Of a DNA stretch of 32,000 nucleotides, positions 17,902-26,641 are shown piece by piece (within the stretch, counting starts at the first letter, position 1; each line of letters opens with the position of its first letter). The notes beneath the pieces were generated by a model. It did not search any database, had not been told where the DNA came from, and worked only from the letters and a program-made list of their open reading frames with translations. Both the position numbers and the translations under genes were made by a program. Origin of the DNA: Nostoc sp. PCC 7120 = FACHB-418 (GTDB lineage Bacteria; Cyanobacteriota; Cyanobacteriia; Cyanobacteriales; Nostocaceae); assembly GCF_000009705.1 (NCBI RefSeq), contig NC_003272.1, positions 30,001-62,000 of the forward strand, given 5' to 3'.

Positions 17902-18195
17902 TTATTTAAGGTTCAAAGGGTCATGCTGTGACAACAACTTTTCTACTTTCGCTTCATCAATGCGCGCAGCTAATCTTCTGGCTTCATGCAAATCTCTAGT
18001 AGTTTTAGCTAGAGTAAAAGTTGAACCAACAGAGAAAGCCAAACCCATACTCATAAAGCCTTTTACCCAGTTATCTACAGGTAAATTCACAATTCCAAAA
18101 CTGGTCATAGAAATAGAAAGCATAAAAGCAGCCCAGGTTTGAATAACCCAAGCCGGACTATCTTTCTGAGGTCCAATAGTTTGCATATTTTCCAC
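17902..18195 (-). CDS. YiaA/YiaB two-helix domain inner-membrane protein
   Basis: 97 aa with two TM helices and DNWVKGFMSMGLAFSVGSTFTLAKTTRD, which resembles the YiaAB motif NEKGxY...F...qKxxRD. Confidence 0.65.
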   Translation of the reverse strand: MENMQTIGPQKDSPAWVIQTWAAFMLSISMTSFGIVNLPVDNWVKGFMSMGLAFSVGSTFTLAKTTRDLHEARRLAARIDEAKVEKLLSQHDPLNLK

Positions 18196-18363
18196 CTTTG
18201 ATGAGATTTCTTAAGAATAATTATTTCTGTGTTTTAATGTTCCATTGGTTGCTGAATCTTTAATCATTAAGATTAACTTTGATTATATTGATTACTAGAT
18301 TCACTAATTTTTAGAATAAATCCACTTTATTAACTGGACTCAGAAAGGTAATCTTTCACTAAT

Positions 18364-18404
18364 AAAAACAAGTAAAAACTGGCACAGTAACTGTACCAGT
18401 TTTA
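18364..18404 (-). terminator. Terminator of the DUF3038-DUF4335 operon
   Basis: The minus strand reads ACTGGTACAG-tta-CTGTGCCAGT followed by TTTTTACTTGTTTTT, about 70 nt after the stop at 18470. Confidence 0.6.
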
Positions 18405-18469
18405 GGATTGTCATCAAGCTCTAGTTTATATTCTCAAAGTTTCAGCTTTACCTAGCAACTAATGACTAA

Positions 18470-20065
18470 CTATTCAGTCTCTGGAAAGGTTTGTACCTTA
18501 CCATCTGGGCTAAGAAGAACCCGAATCCGTGTCATTTGCCCAGAGCGATTAGCAGAAACAAAGGGTTCTCCGATAGCAGGCATCCCCACTAGATCAACAT
18601 AATCTCTAGCTGCCTTGCCTAAAGGTAAGATCCGCTCAATTGAGCCATCTACACCCAGCATGACACTATACTCTAGGGTTTGTACAAATCCTGAGGGTGG
18701 TTGCCAACGCTTTTTGAAAAACTCCCTAGCTTCTGCTACCTGGGGTGTATCAAACAGTGTACTAGTGTTACTCGTAGCAATTTCGCTAGGCAAAGCTGTC
18801 TTAGCTTCACTTCTCGAACCATCTATTAATGAGCTAGTTTCAGCTAACTCTGGGGAAGTATTGACTCTACTTCTTGCAGCTTGTGAGGTTACCGGTGAGT
18901 AAGCCTGAGGAATTGCATTGTTAGGTATGGTAGCCAGTGGTGGCGGTACTGGTGGGATACCAGATGAAAGGTTACTTGTAGAGGTAGATAATCTGGGGGG
19001 TAAACTCCGCTTGAGCGTAACTCCTCCTGAGTTAATTCCCCCTGAGGGATTTGGTTGAATGGCAACTTGTTGCCCTGGTATAGTAATGCCCGGATTGCCT
19101 GAGATTGGCGGAATGTTTGTCTGAGGGATATTTAATGCTTGTTTTGAAGCTACAGAATTGGGCGGTAAAGCAGAATTCGTGGTTGTAGGAGAATTACCTG
19201 GAAAACTGGTATTAGGAGATATGAGGGGAGTTGTCGGTAAACCAGTATTGGGAGGAGGTGGCGGAGCCGAACCTAAAGGCAGAGTCGAGGAATTATTGGC
19301 AGGGGCTAGCTCAGATTGAGGCGCAGGAAAATTAGGTAAGGTTGGTTGTAAAGCTATTTGTTCATCGTTGGGATTGCTGTTTGTCGCTGTCTGCTGGTCT
19401 TTTTGTTTGGTGTTGTTTGCATATTGCCAAGTTAAAGGCGTTAAACCTAAAGCTAATACTAATACGGCAGCAACAGAAGCCCAAGCGGGGAACCGTACTA
19501 TAGAACTAGTGTTATTGAGAGATGGTAATGCCATTACATCTGTCGAATATTCATCTAACGCTGTTGCTAGATCGAACAGTTGCAGCAAACTTAGTTGAAT
19601 AACATAGCCAGATGCTTGATTAGCTAAGGAACCAAGAAATAAATTGTGTGTTAAATAATCGCCCGGTTCTAAATAGATTTTTGTCCCTGGTATTTGGGGT
19701 ATAAAAGATTTTGTGGTTTTAGATAAGAGTGAAGCTTGATGAAAATCTGTTAATTCTTCAGTAGATACTTTAGTTGAATCTTCAAGTTCAGAGACATTAA
19801 AACGAAAACTATCTGGTGGTTGTTGGAGAAATTGCTGTACGTAAGTGGTGACAGCATCACATAGGGCTTCAAGTTGATCGCGATCGCCTCGAATTGGTAC
19901 TCTGTTTTCTTCCGGCAATTGCGGGTCATCAAAGCGCAACTCAAAGGTTAGGTGTCTAAGTACTGGTTTGCCCATCCAACGTGACAAAGGGGAGCTTTGC
20001 GCCAATACTTCTAGCGTACAAGTAGGTGGTGTGTAGCGACGAATGACAGAATTAGATAGAGGCAT
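18470..20065 (-). CDS. DUF4335 family protein: N-terminal cytoplasmic domain, one TM helix, long Pro/Ser/Thr/Asn-rich linker, small C-terminal domain
   Basis: The N-terminus VIRRYTPPTCTLEV...LRHLTFELRFDDP is typical of DUF4335. The TM helix is at about aa 192-214, the low-complexity region at aa 215-437, and a globular C-terminus at aa 438-531. Confidence 0.8.
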   Translation of the reverse strand: MPLSNSVIRRYTPPTCTLEVLAQSSPLSRWMGKPVLRHLTFELRFDDPQLPEENRVPIRGDRDQLEALCDAVTTYVQQFLQQPPDSFRFNVSELEDSTKVSTEELTDFHQASLLSKTTKSFIPQIPGTKIYLEPGDYLTHNLFLGSLANQASGYVIQLSLLQLFDLATALDEYSTDVMALPSLNNTSSIVRFPAWASVAAVLVLALGLTPLTWQYANNTKQKDQQTATNSNPNDEQIALQPTLPNFPAPQSELAPANNSSTLPLGSAPPPPPNTGLPTTPLISPNTSFPGNSPTTTNSALPPNSVASKQALNIPQTNIPPISGNPGITIPGQQVAIQPNPSGGINSGGVTLKRSLPPRLSTSTSNLSSGIPPVPPPLATIPNNAIPQAYSPVTSQAARSRVNTSPELAETSSLIDGSRSEAKTALPSEIATSNTSTLFDTPQVAEAREFFKKRWQPPSGFVQTLEYSVMLGVDGSIERILPLGKAARDYVDLVGMPAIGEPFVSANRSGQMTRIRVLLSPDGKVQTFPETE

Positions 20066-20090
20066 GGCAGGAACTGCAAAGGAGATGTTT

Positions 20091-20696
20091 TCAAAATTTT
20101 GCGGAACGGTCGATGAGTGCTAGCCAAAGACGGCGGTGTCCACCAGGAGCGCTATAAAACAGCAAATCTACAAGTAGTTTCAGCGCTAGGTTAGTTAGTA
20201 AATCCGTCGAGATTTGCTCGTCCTCTTCCATCCGCTCTTGGTAGGTGTTGCAGAAAGCATCTATGTAGTCTCCAAGTAAAGCAGCCTGATGAGGTTCCCG
20301 ATTTTTTTCCGCCATTTGTTCTAGTAGACCCACCGCACGACGAATTAATTCCTGGTGCTGTTTGGCGAGGTAGCAGATGATGAGAACAAGCGATCGCGCT
20401 TCTTCTACATCCAGCTTTTTCCGCCCTCCTTGACCTTTGCGTAGAGGGTTTGACTGACGTAAGCGCCATAAAGCTACGCGGTCTGGCACTTTCGACTCTA
20501 GATTCAGACTGGTTGCCGCCGAGAGCATAGCCTCAGAGCCAATTCCCGTCAGGGTTTCCAGTGCCAACAGTACCAAGTCTAACTGAGTTTTGATGTTGTC
20601 CCATTCCACGACATTTGGGGTTGGGAGTTTAATTAAGTCCTCCCATTGGGAATTGGGAGTGGCTGGATCAGCGGCCGATTGCATAACTTTAAGCAT
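20091..20696 (-). CDS. DUF3038 family protein (helical, cytoplasmic)
   Basis: 201 aa, 25 nt upstream of the DUF4335 gene on the same strand. The sequence pattern is recalled as DUF3038. Function is unknown. Confidence 0.7.
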   Translation of the reverse strand: MLKVMQSAADPATPNSQWEDLIKLPTPNVVEWDNIKTQLDLVLLALETLTGIGSEAMLSAATSLNLESKVPDRVALWRLRQSNPLRKGQGGRKKLDVEEARSLVLIICYLAKQHQELIRRAVGLLEQMAEKNREPHQAALLGDYIDAFCNTYQERMEEDEQISTDLLTNLALKLLVDLLFYSAPGGHRRLWLALIDRSAKF

Positions 20697-20800
20697 AGGT
20701 GATCAGGCTGGTAGGGGCTGTTGCTGTTACCCATTTTGAAACCAGACTCTGAATAATTAGAGTTGGTTTCCTCTGAAAGAGGCAGGAAGAAGGAGGTAGA

Positions 20801-20857
20801 GGGGCAGGGGGAGAAATTCCTACTCAGTACTCATTACTCACGACTCCCTTCTTCAAG
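20801..20857 (+). repeat. G-rich small dispersed repeat unit (left arm of an inverted pair)
   Basis: GGGGCAGGGGGAGAAATTCCTACTCAGTACTCATTACTCACGACTCCCTTCTTCAAG. It is similar to the reverse complement of 21221..21274 and to the menE copy. Confidence 0.65.
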
Positions 20858-21191
20858 TCAGAACGTGAAAAAGTTTGAGTATGAGTCTTTGCTTGATGCT
20901 TAACTGCACTATCTTTTCTGAACTGTGGTAAACAGCAATTGTCACTGTCTTACTCTACTTGATGAAAATTTATTTTCAACAGTGTAGAAAGTGAATTACC
21001 ATGGTAAAATATACTCAATTATTATCTACTAATTAAGTACTTAAGTATCAATAAATATAATCAGAAAATCTAATGTCTAATTATTAACAATAACCCTCAT
21101 CAAATAATGAATAATTAGATACTCGTGACTAAATTCATAATTTAGTAAAATTTATTGCTAGAGGCTTTATAAATAAAATTCATTAAAGAAG

Positions 21192-21217
21192 GGTGGAGAA
21201 CAGGATGATTCTCTACC
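21192..21217 (-). terminator. Candidate mutS2 terminator
   Basis: GGTAGAGAA-8 nt loop-TTCTCCACC (9 bp with one G-U) on the minus strand, followed by CTTCTTTAATGAATTTT, 66-90 nt after the mutS2 stop. Confidence 0.35.
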
Positions 21218-21220
21218 TTT

Positions 21221-21274
21221 CTTGAATGAGGGAGTGGAGAGTGAAGAAGTACTGAAGTTATTCTCCCTGCCCCC
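21221..21274 (-). repeat. G-rich small dispersed repeat unit (right arm, inverted)
   Basis: The reverse complement is GGGGCAGGGAGAATAACTTCAGTACTTCTTCACTCTCCACTCCCTCATTCAAG. It lies within the first 65 nt after the mutS2 stop. Confidence 0.65.
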
Positions 21275-21282
21275 TGCTTGCT

Positions 21283-23679
21283 TCAAGAAATATGCGCGAT
21301 TGTCACCCCACTACCACCGTCAGATTGTTCTGCTGGCTCGTGACGGCTAACTCTAGGGTGTTGTTCTAAAAATGTGTGGACACCTTGACGGAGTTTGCCA
21401 GTACCATGTCCATGAATAATCCAGATTGGGCCAGTGGCTTCAGAAATGGCTTTGTCTAAAATGTATTCGGCATCTGCTACCCGTTTACCTCGTAAATCCA
21501 CAGTATTTTTGGAGGTACGAATTGCTAGAACCGGTTGAGCCGGTGGGGGTGGAGTAACTGGGGCTGGCTTGGCTTTGGTGATTGGTTCAGGTTTTTGACC
21601 ATCGAGAGATTCGATATCTTCTAGCTTCACCGTCATCTTCATGATGCCAAAGCGGACTGTTAATTCACCATCTTCATCAGGGGCGGTTAACACATCGGCT
21701 GTTTGACCAAATTGGGAGATACGAATGCGATCGCCTACTTTAGGCACAAACCCCGGTTTTGCCTTTGGTGGCGGTGCTGGTTGATATTTTTGGGCGATTT
21801 GATGGAGGTTGTTGGTTGCTTGCTGGGCATCTTGGGCTGTGGCTGTACCTTGCTGCAAGCGGCGAATGACTTTGGCAATTTCCCCTTTGGCTTGGGTAAT
21901 GGCTTGTTGTACCGCGATTTCCTGGGAAGCTTTGAGAGACTGTTCTCGCTCTTGTAATGCTGCCGCCTTGTTCGATACTTCTTTATATAAGCGTTCTGCT
22001 TGTTGTAATATTTTCTGTGCTTCTGCGGCTTTGGTTTCCTGGCGACGACGTTGGGCTTCTAACCCAGCAATTACCAAGTTAACTTCGTCAGTCGCTTCTC
22101 CCACCTGGGTTTTTGCCTGTTCTACGACTTCCGCCTTTAAACCCAAACGGAGGGCGATCGCCAAAGCATTAGAACGTCCGGGGATACCCCACAACAAACG
22201 ATAAGTAGGCGACAATGTAGCATCATCAAATTCTACGGAAGCATTTTCAAAGCGCTGATCTTCATATTTCAGGGCTTTTAATTCGCCAAAGTGAGTTGTG
22301 GCAACGGTTAATTGGGCATGATCAGCTAGATATTGTAAAAGGGCGATCGCTAAAGCACTCCCTTCTGCCGGATCTGTGCCTGCACCAACTTCATCGAGTA
22401 AAACTAGGGAGTTGGGAGTTTCTAAATCTTGTTCTCCAGTCCCTAAAGCATTTAAAATCCGGCTAATTCGGCGAATATGCCCGGAAAAAGTCGATAAGCT
22501 TTGTTGTAGGGATTGTTCATCGCCGATATCTGCTAATACTTGGTCAAACCAAGGCATTTCTACTGGCTCACGGGCGGGAACGAATAGACCCACTTTGGCC
22601 ATTAAGGCTGCCAGTCCCAAGGTTTTTAATGTTACCGTTTTCCCACCAGTGTTAGGCCCTGTGATTGTCACTACCCGAATATGGGGGCTGATTAACAAAT
22701 CCACCGGAATCACCGCATGACCTTGTTCGTGCTGTTGTTGCCAAACTAACAGGGGATGGTGTAACTGCCGCAAGGTAATGATTTCTTGTTCCTGGCGGTC
22801 AATAAATCTAGGGGGGTTAGCTTTGAGCCATAAACTATATCTAGCTCTAGCCGTTGCCATATCCAAAGTGGTGACAATGGCTAATAACCGTTCTAAATCG
22901 GGTTTAACTGCTGCTACTTTTTCCGTGAGTGCGCGACGAATTGCTTCTTCTTCGGCTTGCTCTTTTCTAATTGTCTGCCGCAGTTGGTTACCCATCGGCA
23001 CAACAGAATTAGGTTCTATGTATAACGTTGCCCCACTGGTTGAGGTGTCATGAACAATACCCGGAATAGCATCTTTTTGTGGTGCTTTCACCGGGATGAC
23101 AAAGCGATCGCCTCTTTGGGTAATCAGTTGTTCCTGAACCGCATTAGATTTTACTTGTAAGATATTTTGCAGCTTTTGGGTAATCTGACTCCGCAATTTC
23201 CGCAATTCTGTACGGATATCGCCTAATTTCGTGCTGGCACGGTCTGTTACTTGCCCCCGTTCATCAATACAGCGATGTATTTCCTGTTCTAGTTCGGGGT
23301 AAGTGCGTAACTCAGCCACCAACTCAGTTAAAATTGGTATATCTTCTTGGTTATCAATTATACGCCGTAAATTTCTTGCGCCTGCGAGAGTAGTAGCGAT
23401 CGCCAAAAGTTCATCCCCACCTAAAATCCCTTGCAATTCCGACCTTTCCAAGGCATCACCAATATCGTGGATACCCTCAAAAGATAAACCGCTTGCCAGA
23501 CGACTTTCCAGTTGATAAACTTCTTTTGTCTGTTCTAACAACTGCTCACTTGCTGCTTGAGATGCAGGGATTTGCAGATGAAGAGATGCGATCGCCCCCA
23601 GTTTAGTTGCCGCAAATGTAGAAAGATGCTGACAAAGGCGATACCATTCCAGTAGTTCTAAAGTTTCAGATTGAATCAA
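21283..23679 (-). CDS. mutS2: Endonuclease MutS2 (MutS domain V ATPase plus C-terminal Smr domain)
   Basis: Walker A ITGPNTGGKTVTLK, LLDEVGAGTDP, and a C-terminal Smr domain (DLRGKRVADAE ... IIHGHGTGKLRQGV). The start codon is TTG. Confidence 0.9.
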   Translation of the reverse strand: MIQSETLELLEWYRLCQHLSTFAATKLGAIASLHLQIPASQAASEQLLEQTKEVYQLESRLASGLSFEGIHDIGDALERSELQGILGGDELLAIATTLAGARNLRRIIDNQEDIPILTELVAELRTYPELEQEIHRCIDERGQVTDRASTKLGDIRTELRKLRSQITQKLQNILQVKSNAVQEQLITQRGDRFVIPVKAPQKDAIPGIVHDTSTSGATLYIEPNSVVPMGNQLRQTIRKEQAEEEAIRRALTEKVAAVKPDLERLLAIVTTLDMATARARYSLWLKANPPRFIDRQEQEIITLRQLHHPLLVWQQQHEQGHAVIPVDLLISPHIRVVTITGPNTGGKTVTLKTLGLAALMAKVGLFVPAREPVEMPWFDQVLADIGDEQSLQQSLSTFSGHIRRISRILNALGTGEQDLETPNSLVLLDEVGAGTDPAEGSALAIALLQYLADHAQLTVATTHFGELKALKYEDQRFENASVEFDDATLSPTYRLLWGIPGRSNALAIALRLGLKAEVVEQAKTQVGEATDEVNLVIAGLEAQRRRQETKAAEAQKILQQAERLYKEVSNKAAALQEREQSLKASQEIAVQQAITQAKGEIAKVIRRLQQGTATAQDAQQATNNLHQIAQKYQPAPPPKAKPGFVPKVGDRIRISQFGQTADVLTAPDEDGELTVRFGIMKMTVKLEDIESLDGQKPEPITKAKPAPVTPPPPAQPVLAIRTSKNTVDLRGKRVADAEYILDKAISEATGPIWIIHGHGTGKLRQGVHTFLEQHPRVSRHEPAEQSDGGSGVTIAHIS

Positions 23680-23881
23680 GGCTGCAAAATCAAATCTGAA
23701 GTGATCGTAACAATTCTAGCCTCTCTATAGCCAATTCTTAAAGTCAGAAATGAATTAAGTTGTCAGTGAAGATTGCTGTGAGCGGTAACGAAGGGTTTGA
23801 CCTCACTGAGTCATAAGTTAGGAATCATTGCTGTTTATGCTCCTCCTGCTTCCCAAACACCAGCCCCCAGTACCCAATCTC

Positions 23882-24883
23882 CTACTTACGCAAGTAACTA
23901 AAACTCGCATTTGGTCTACCTACGAAGCAGGAGCGAGTAAATTGATATTTTTGGATAATTGCTAGTGATTGCTCTGCCTCAGATTTATTATTATCAAAAT
24001 CAAACATCCAGTGATTACCGTCTACAATTTTCCAGCGATTATTGATTTTGTTGACTGTTGTAGTAGCAGGATTGAATGCCACACAATCTTCACCAGAAAC
24101 AGAACCAGACGGTGCGAGATTATTTACTAATAAATAGGTAAAAGATGGCTGTGGTCTGCCAACAAAACAGGATTTATTCATGCGGTAATTCTTAATAATT
24201 TGGAAAGCTCGTCTTGCCTCATTGGCTTTATTACCAAAATCAAACATCCAATGATTACCACCTTCAACTATTTTCCAACTACCATTAACTTGATTAACAG
24301 CAATATTATTGGGATTAAAAGCAATACAATCTTCCTTGAGTGCTGACGGTGATGTCCTTTTTTGTAATGAGATTGAGTTAGAACGATAGGTTTTATTTGC
24401 CCTTCTATCATTCAGGACAATATAGACAGAACTAGGTGGTGTTTGACCTTGCTCAACCGCAAACCAGAGAGAATTTAAGCTTTGCGGGGACGAAAAAGCA
24501 CAAAAACCATAGATTCTCTGATTATTTTGGGCGTTATAAATATCTACCCAAGTTCGAGAAGAGTTATTATTCAGTCCGCAAGGAGGAAGGTCAGAGGCAC
24601 TATCAAACGATTGACTCGGAAATGCTGACCAGTTAGCTACAGCCAACTTATATCTTTGAAAATTTTTGCCTGCATTTGTGTAAGATTCTTGACCTTGAAA
24701 TACTAATTGTGGCTGAGGAAGATGATTAGATGCTAACTGAACTATCTTCTCAACAGTGGGATTAATACTAGCTTGTCCTACAACTTGGGAGACATTAACA
24801 GCAGTCGCCACAGTAGAAAAACTCGACAATAACCATCCGGCGATCGCTAAACCTGTAAACTGACTGTAATTTCTAACTCGCAT
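23882..24883 (-). CDS. Secreted protein of unknown function with C-terminal tandem duplication of a ~70-aa two-Cys domain
   Basis: From ATG 24883: a signal-peptide-like MRVRNYSQFTGLAIAGWLLSSFSTVATA, then two repeats EDC[IV]AFNP...WKIV[ED]G.NHWMFDF....EA......II..Y......CFVGRP..SF[TS]YL. Confidence 0.7.
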   Translation of the reverse strand: MRVRNYSQFTGLAIAGWLLSSFSTVATAVNVSQVVGQASINPTVEKIVQLASNHLPQPQLVFQGQESYTNAGKNFQRYKLAVANWSAFPSQSFDSASDLPPCGLNNNSSRTWVDIYNAQNNQRIYGFCAFSSPQSLNSLWFAVEQGQTPPSSVYIVLNDRRANKTYRSNSISLQKRTSPSALKEDCIAFNPNNIAVNQVNGSWKIVEGGNHWMFDFGNKANEARRAFQIIKNYRMNKSCFVGRPQPSFTYLLVNNLAPSGSVSGEDCVAFNPATTTVNKINNRWKIVDGNHWMFDFDNNKSEAEQSLAIIQKYQFTRSCFVGRPNASFSYLRK

Positions 24884-25118
24884 TTTCCTAAAACCTCTAG
24901 CAACAGTGAATATCGCCATCAAACTTACGTACTTGGTGAAATCCGTAAATCCTGACAGCTATTCATCAATAAGTTGCAAAAGTAACTTTTATGCAGAGTC
25001 TCCAAATTCTCACAAATACACTGAAAAAATACTTTTAGCCATCAATTAAAAAAAATCGCTGCAAACTCCCTCACAATTTGATACCCTAGCTAGAACAGAA
25101 TTGAGAAAAGTTAACAGC

Positions 25119-26282
25119 GTGGAAATTCAACTTGGGCGGGGAAAGACAGCTCGTAGAGCATATGGCATTGATGAAATTGCTCTAGTCCCCGGTAACAGAA
25201 CACTCGATCCGAGTTTAGCTGATACTCGGTGGAAAATTGGCAATATCGAGCGAGAAATCCCGATTATTGCCAGTGCAATGGATGGGGTTGTTGATGTCAA
25301 GATGGCGGTACGTTTATCGCAGCTAGGGGCATTAGGAGTTATCAACTTGGAAGGCATTCAAACTCGTTATGCTGACCCAGAACCGATTTTAGATCGGATT
25401 TCTTCGGTAGGCAAAGATGAGTTTGTCTCTTTGATGCAGGAGCTTTATGCCGAACCCATCAAACCAGAATTAATTACCAAGCGTATTCAAGAAATTAAAG
25501 AACAAGGTGGGATTGCAGCTGTTAGTGCTACTCCAGTAGGAGCCAGTAAATATGGTGAGGTAGTAGCCAAAGCCGGGGCAGATTTATTTTTTATTCAAGC
25601 TACGGTAGTTTCTACCGCCCACTTGTCACCAGAATCTGTAGTACCCCTGGATTTGGCTGAATTTTGCCGTTCTATGCCAATTCCCGTAATTTTGGGTAAC
25701 TGTGTGACATACGAAGTCACCTTGAACTTGTTAAAAGCTGGCGCGGCGGCTGTCTTGGTAGGGATTGGCCCTGGTGCAGCTTGTACCTCTCGTGGGGTAT
25801 TAGGTGTAGGAGTACCCCAAGCAACGGCGATCGCTGATTGCGCCGCCGCACGAGATGATTACTATCAGGAAACAGGTAATTATATCCCCATCATCGCTGA
25901 TGGCGGTTTAATTACTGGTGGTGACATTTGTAAATGTATCGCTTGTGGGGCTGATGGCGTAATGATCGGTTCTCCCTTTGCTAGAGCCGCCGAAGCTCCA
26001 GGAAGAGGCTTTCATTGGGGTATGGCAACACCTAGCCCTGTATTGCCCCGTGGCACCCGGATTCGCGTCGGTACAACCGGCACGCTTGAACAAATATTAA
26101 CTGGGCCAGCCGGGCTAGATGATGGTACTCATAACTTATTGGGAGCCTTAAAAACTAGCATGGGTACTTTGGGAGCAAAAGATATTAAAGAAATGCAGCA
26201 AGTTGAAGTTGTGATTGCTCCTTCTTTGTTAACTGAGGGCAAAGTTTACCAAAAAGCTCAACAATTAGGTATGGGTAAATAA
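25119..26282 (+). CDS. guaB3: GuaB3-family IMP dehydrogenase-related protein (no CBS insert)
   Basis: (M)EIQLGRGKTARRAYGIDEIALVPGNRT... and a TIM-barrel IMPDH-like core (IIADGGL.TGGDI.K..A.GAD.VM.GS). GTG 25119 is the likely start; the track has TTG 25101. Confidence 0.85.
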   Translation: MEIQLGRGKTARRAYGIDEIALVPGNRTLDPSLADTRWKIGNIEREIPIIASAMDGVVDVKMAVRLSQLGALGVINLEGIQTRYADPEPILDRISSVGKDEFVSLMQELYAEPIKPELITKRIQEIKEQGGIAAVSATPVGASKYGEVVAKAGADLFFIQATVVSTAHLSPESVVPLDLAEFCRSMPIPVILGNCVTYEVTLNLLKAGAAAVLVGIGPGAACTSRGVLGVGVPQATAIADCAAARDDYYQETGNYIPIIADGGLITGGDICKCIACGADGVMIGSPFARAAEAPGRGFHWGMATPSPVLPRGTRIRVGTTGTLEQILTGPAGLDDGTHNLLGALKTSMGTLGAKDIKEMQQVEVVIAPSLLTEGKVYQKAQQLGMGK

Positions 26283-26450
26283 AGGGAATAGGTAAAAGGG
26301 AATAGGGAACGGCGAATGATTAATTAGAAATAAATTTTTTAGTATGCCTTCTACCCTATCCCCGATTACCAACTTTAAATTATTCAGAAATTTTTTCCAG
26401 ACTCTTAAACAACCACTGGAAAAATCACATATGTCGCCTACAATAGATAT

Positions 26451-26520
26451 AGCGGAGACGCATGTTTCCGTTCACTCCTCACACCACACTCCGCCCGGAC
26501 TACTGTTCGGGCGGTTCCTT
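26451..26520 (+). ncRNA. yfr1: Yfr1 small regulatory RNA
   Basis: The exact conserved Yfr1 core ACTCCTCACAC (26474..26484) is bracketed by stem-loop 1, CGGAGAC-gcat-GTTTCCG (26453..26470), and a GC-rich terminator, CCGCCCGGA-6 nt loop-TTCGGGCGG (26491..26514), plus TTCCTT. A TACAAT -10 box lies at 26439..26444. It sits between guaB-like and trxA genes, the position I recall as the classic Yfr1 synteny. The ends are approximate. Confidence 0.8.
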
Positions 26521-26570
26521 ATGTATTACATAAATTCTTTAGCTTCTTTGCAAATGTACATCCTTGTGTT

Positions 26571-26599
26571 TTGGGCAGTTGTTTTTGCTATGGTAGAAT
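26571..26599 (+). promoter_or_regulatory. Candidate sigma-70-type promoter of trxA
   Basis: TTGGGC - 17 nt - TAGAAT, with the -10 box about 40 nt upstream of the trxA ATG and just after the Yfr1 terminator. Confidence 0.35.
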
Positions 26600-26641
26600 T
26601 TTCACGAAAGTCAGAAATATAATTGGCAAAGGTTTTTAGGC

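Noticed and set aside
18615-20469. ORFs 18615..18902(+), 19368..19598(+), 19750..19944(-) and 20191..20469(-) inside the DUF4335 and DUF3038 genes
   Set aside because: These are alternative-frame or antisense products of the real genes. The Pro-rich coding strand naturally yields open frames on the opposite strand.
20996-21007. Perfect 12-bp palindrome TTACCATGGTAA in the AT-rich core
   Set aside because: Several 12-bp palindromes are expected by chance in 32 kb, and there is no supporting context.
21703-23515. Five plus-strand ORFs (21703, 21809, 22376, 22778, 23303) antisense to mutS2
   Set aside because: They are fully nested opposite a gene with unambiguous MutS2 motifs. They are Cys/Ser/Arg/Ala-rich mirror-frame products typical of antisense frames.
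26344-26622. 92-aa plus-strand ORF upstream of trxA
   Set aside because: It runs straight through the Yfr1 promoter, both Yfr1 stem-loops, the GC-rich terminator and the candidate trxA promoter. It has no RBS and an odd composition. The sRNA explains the sequence better.
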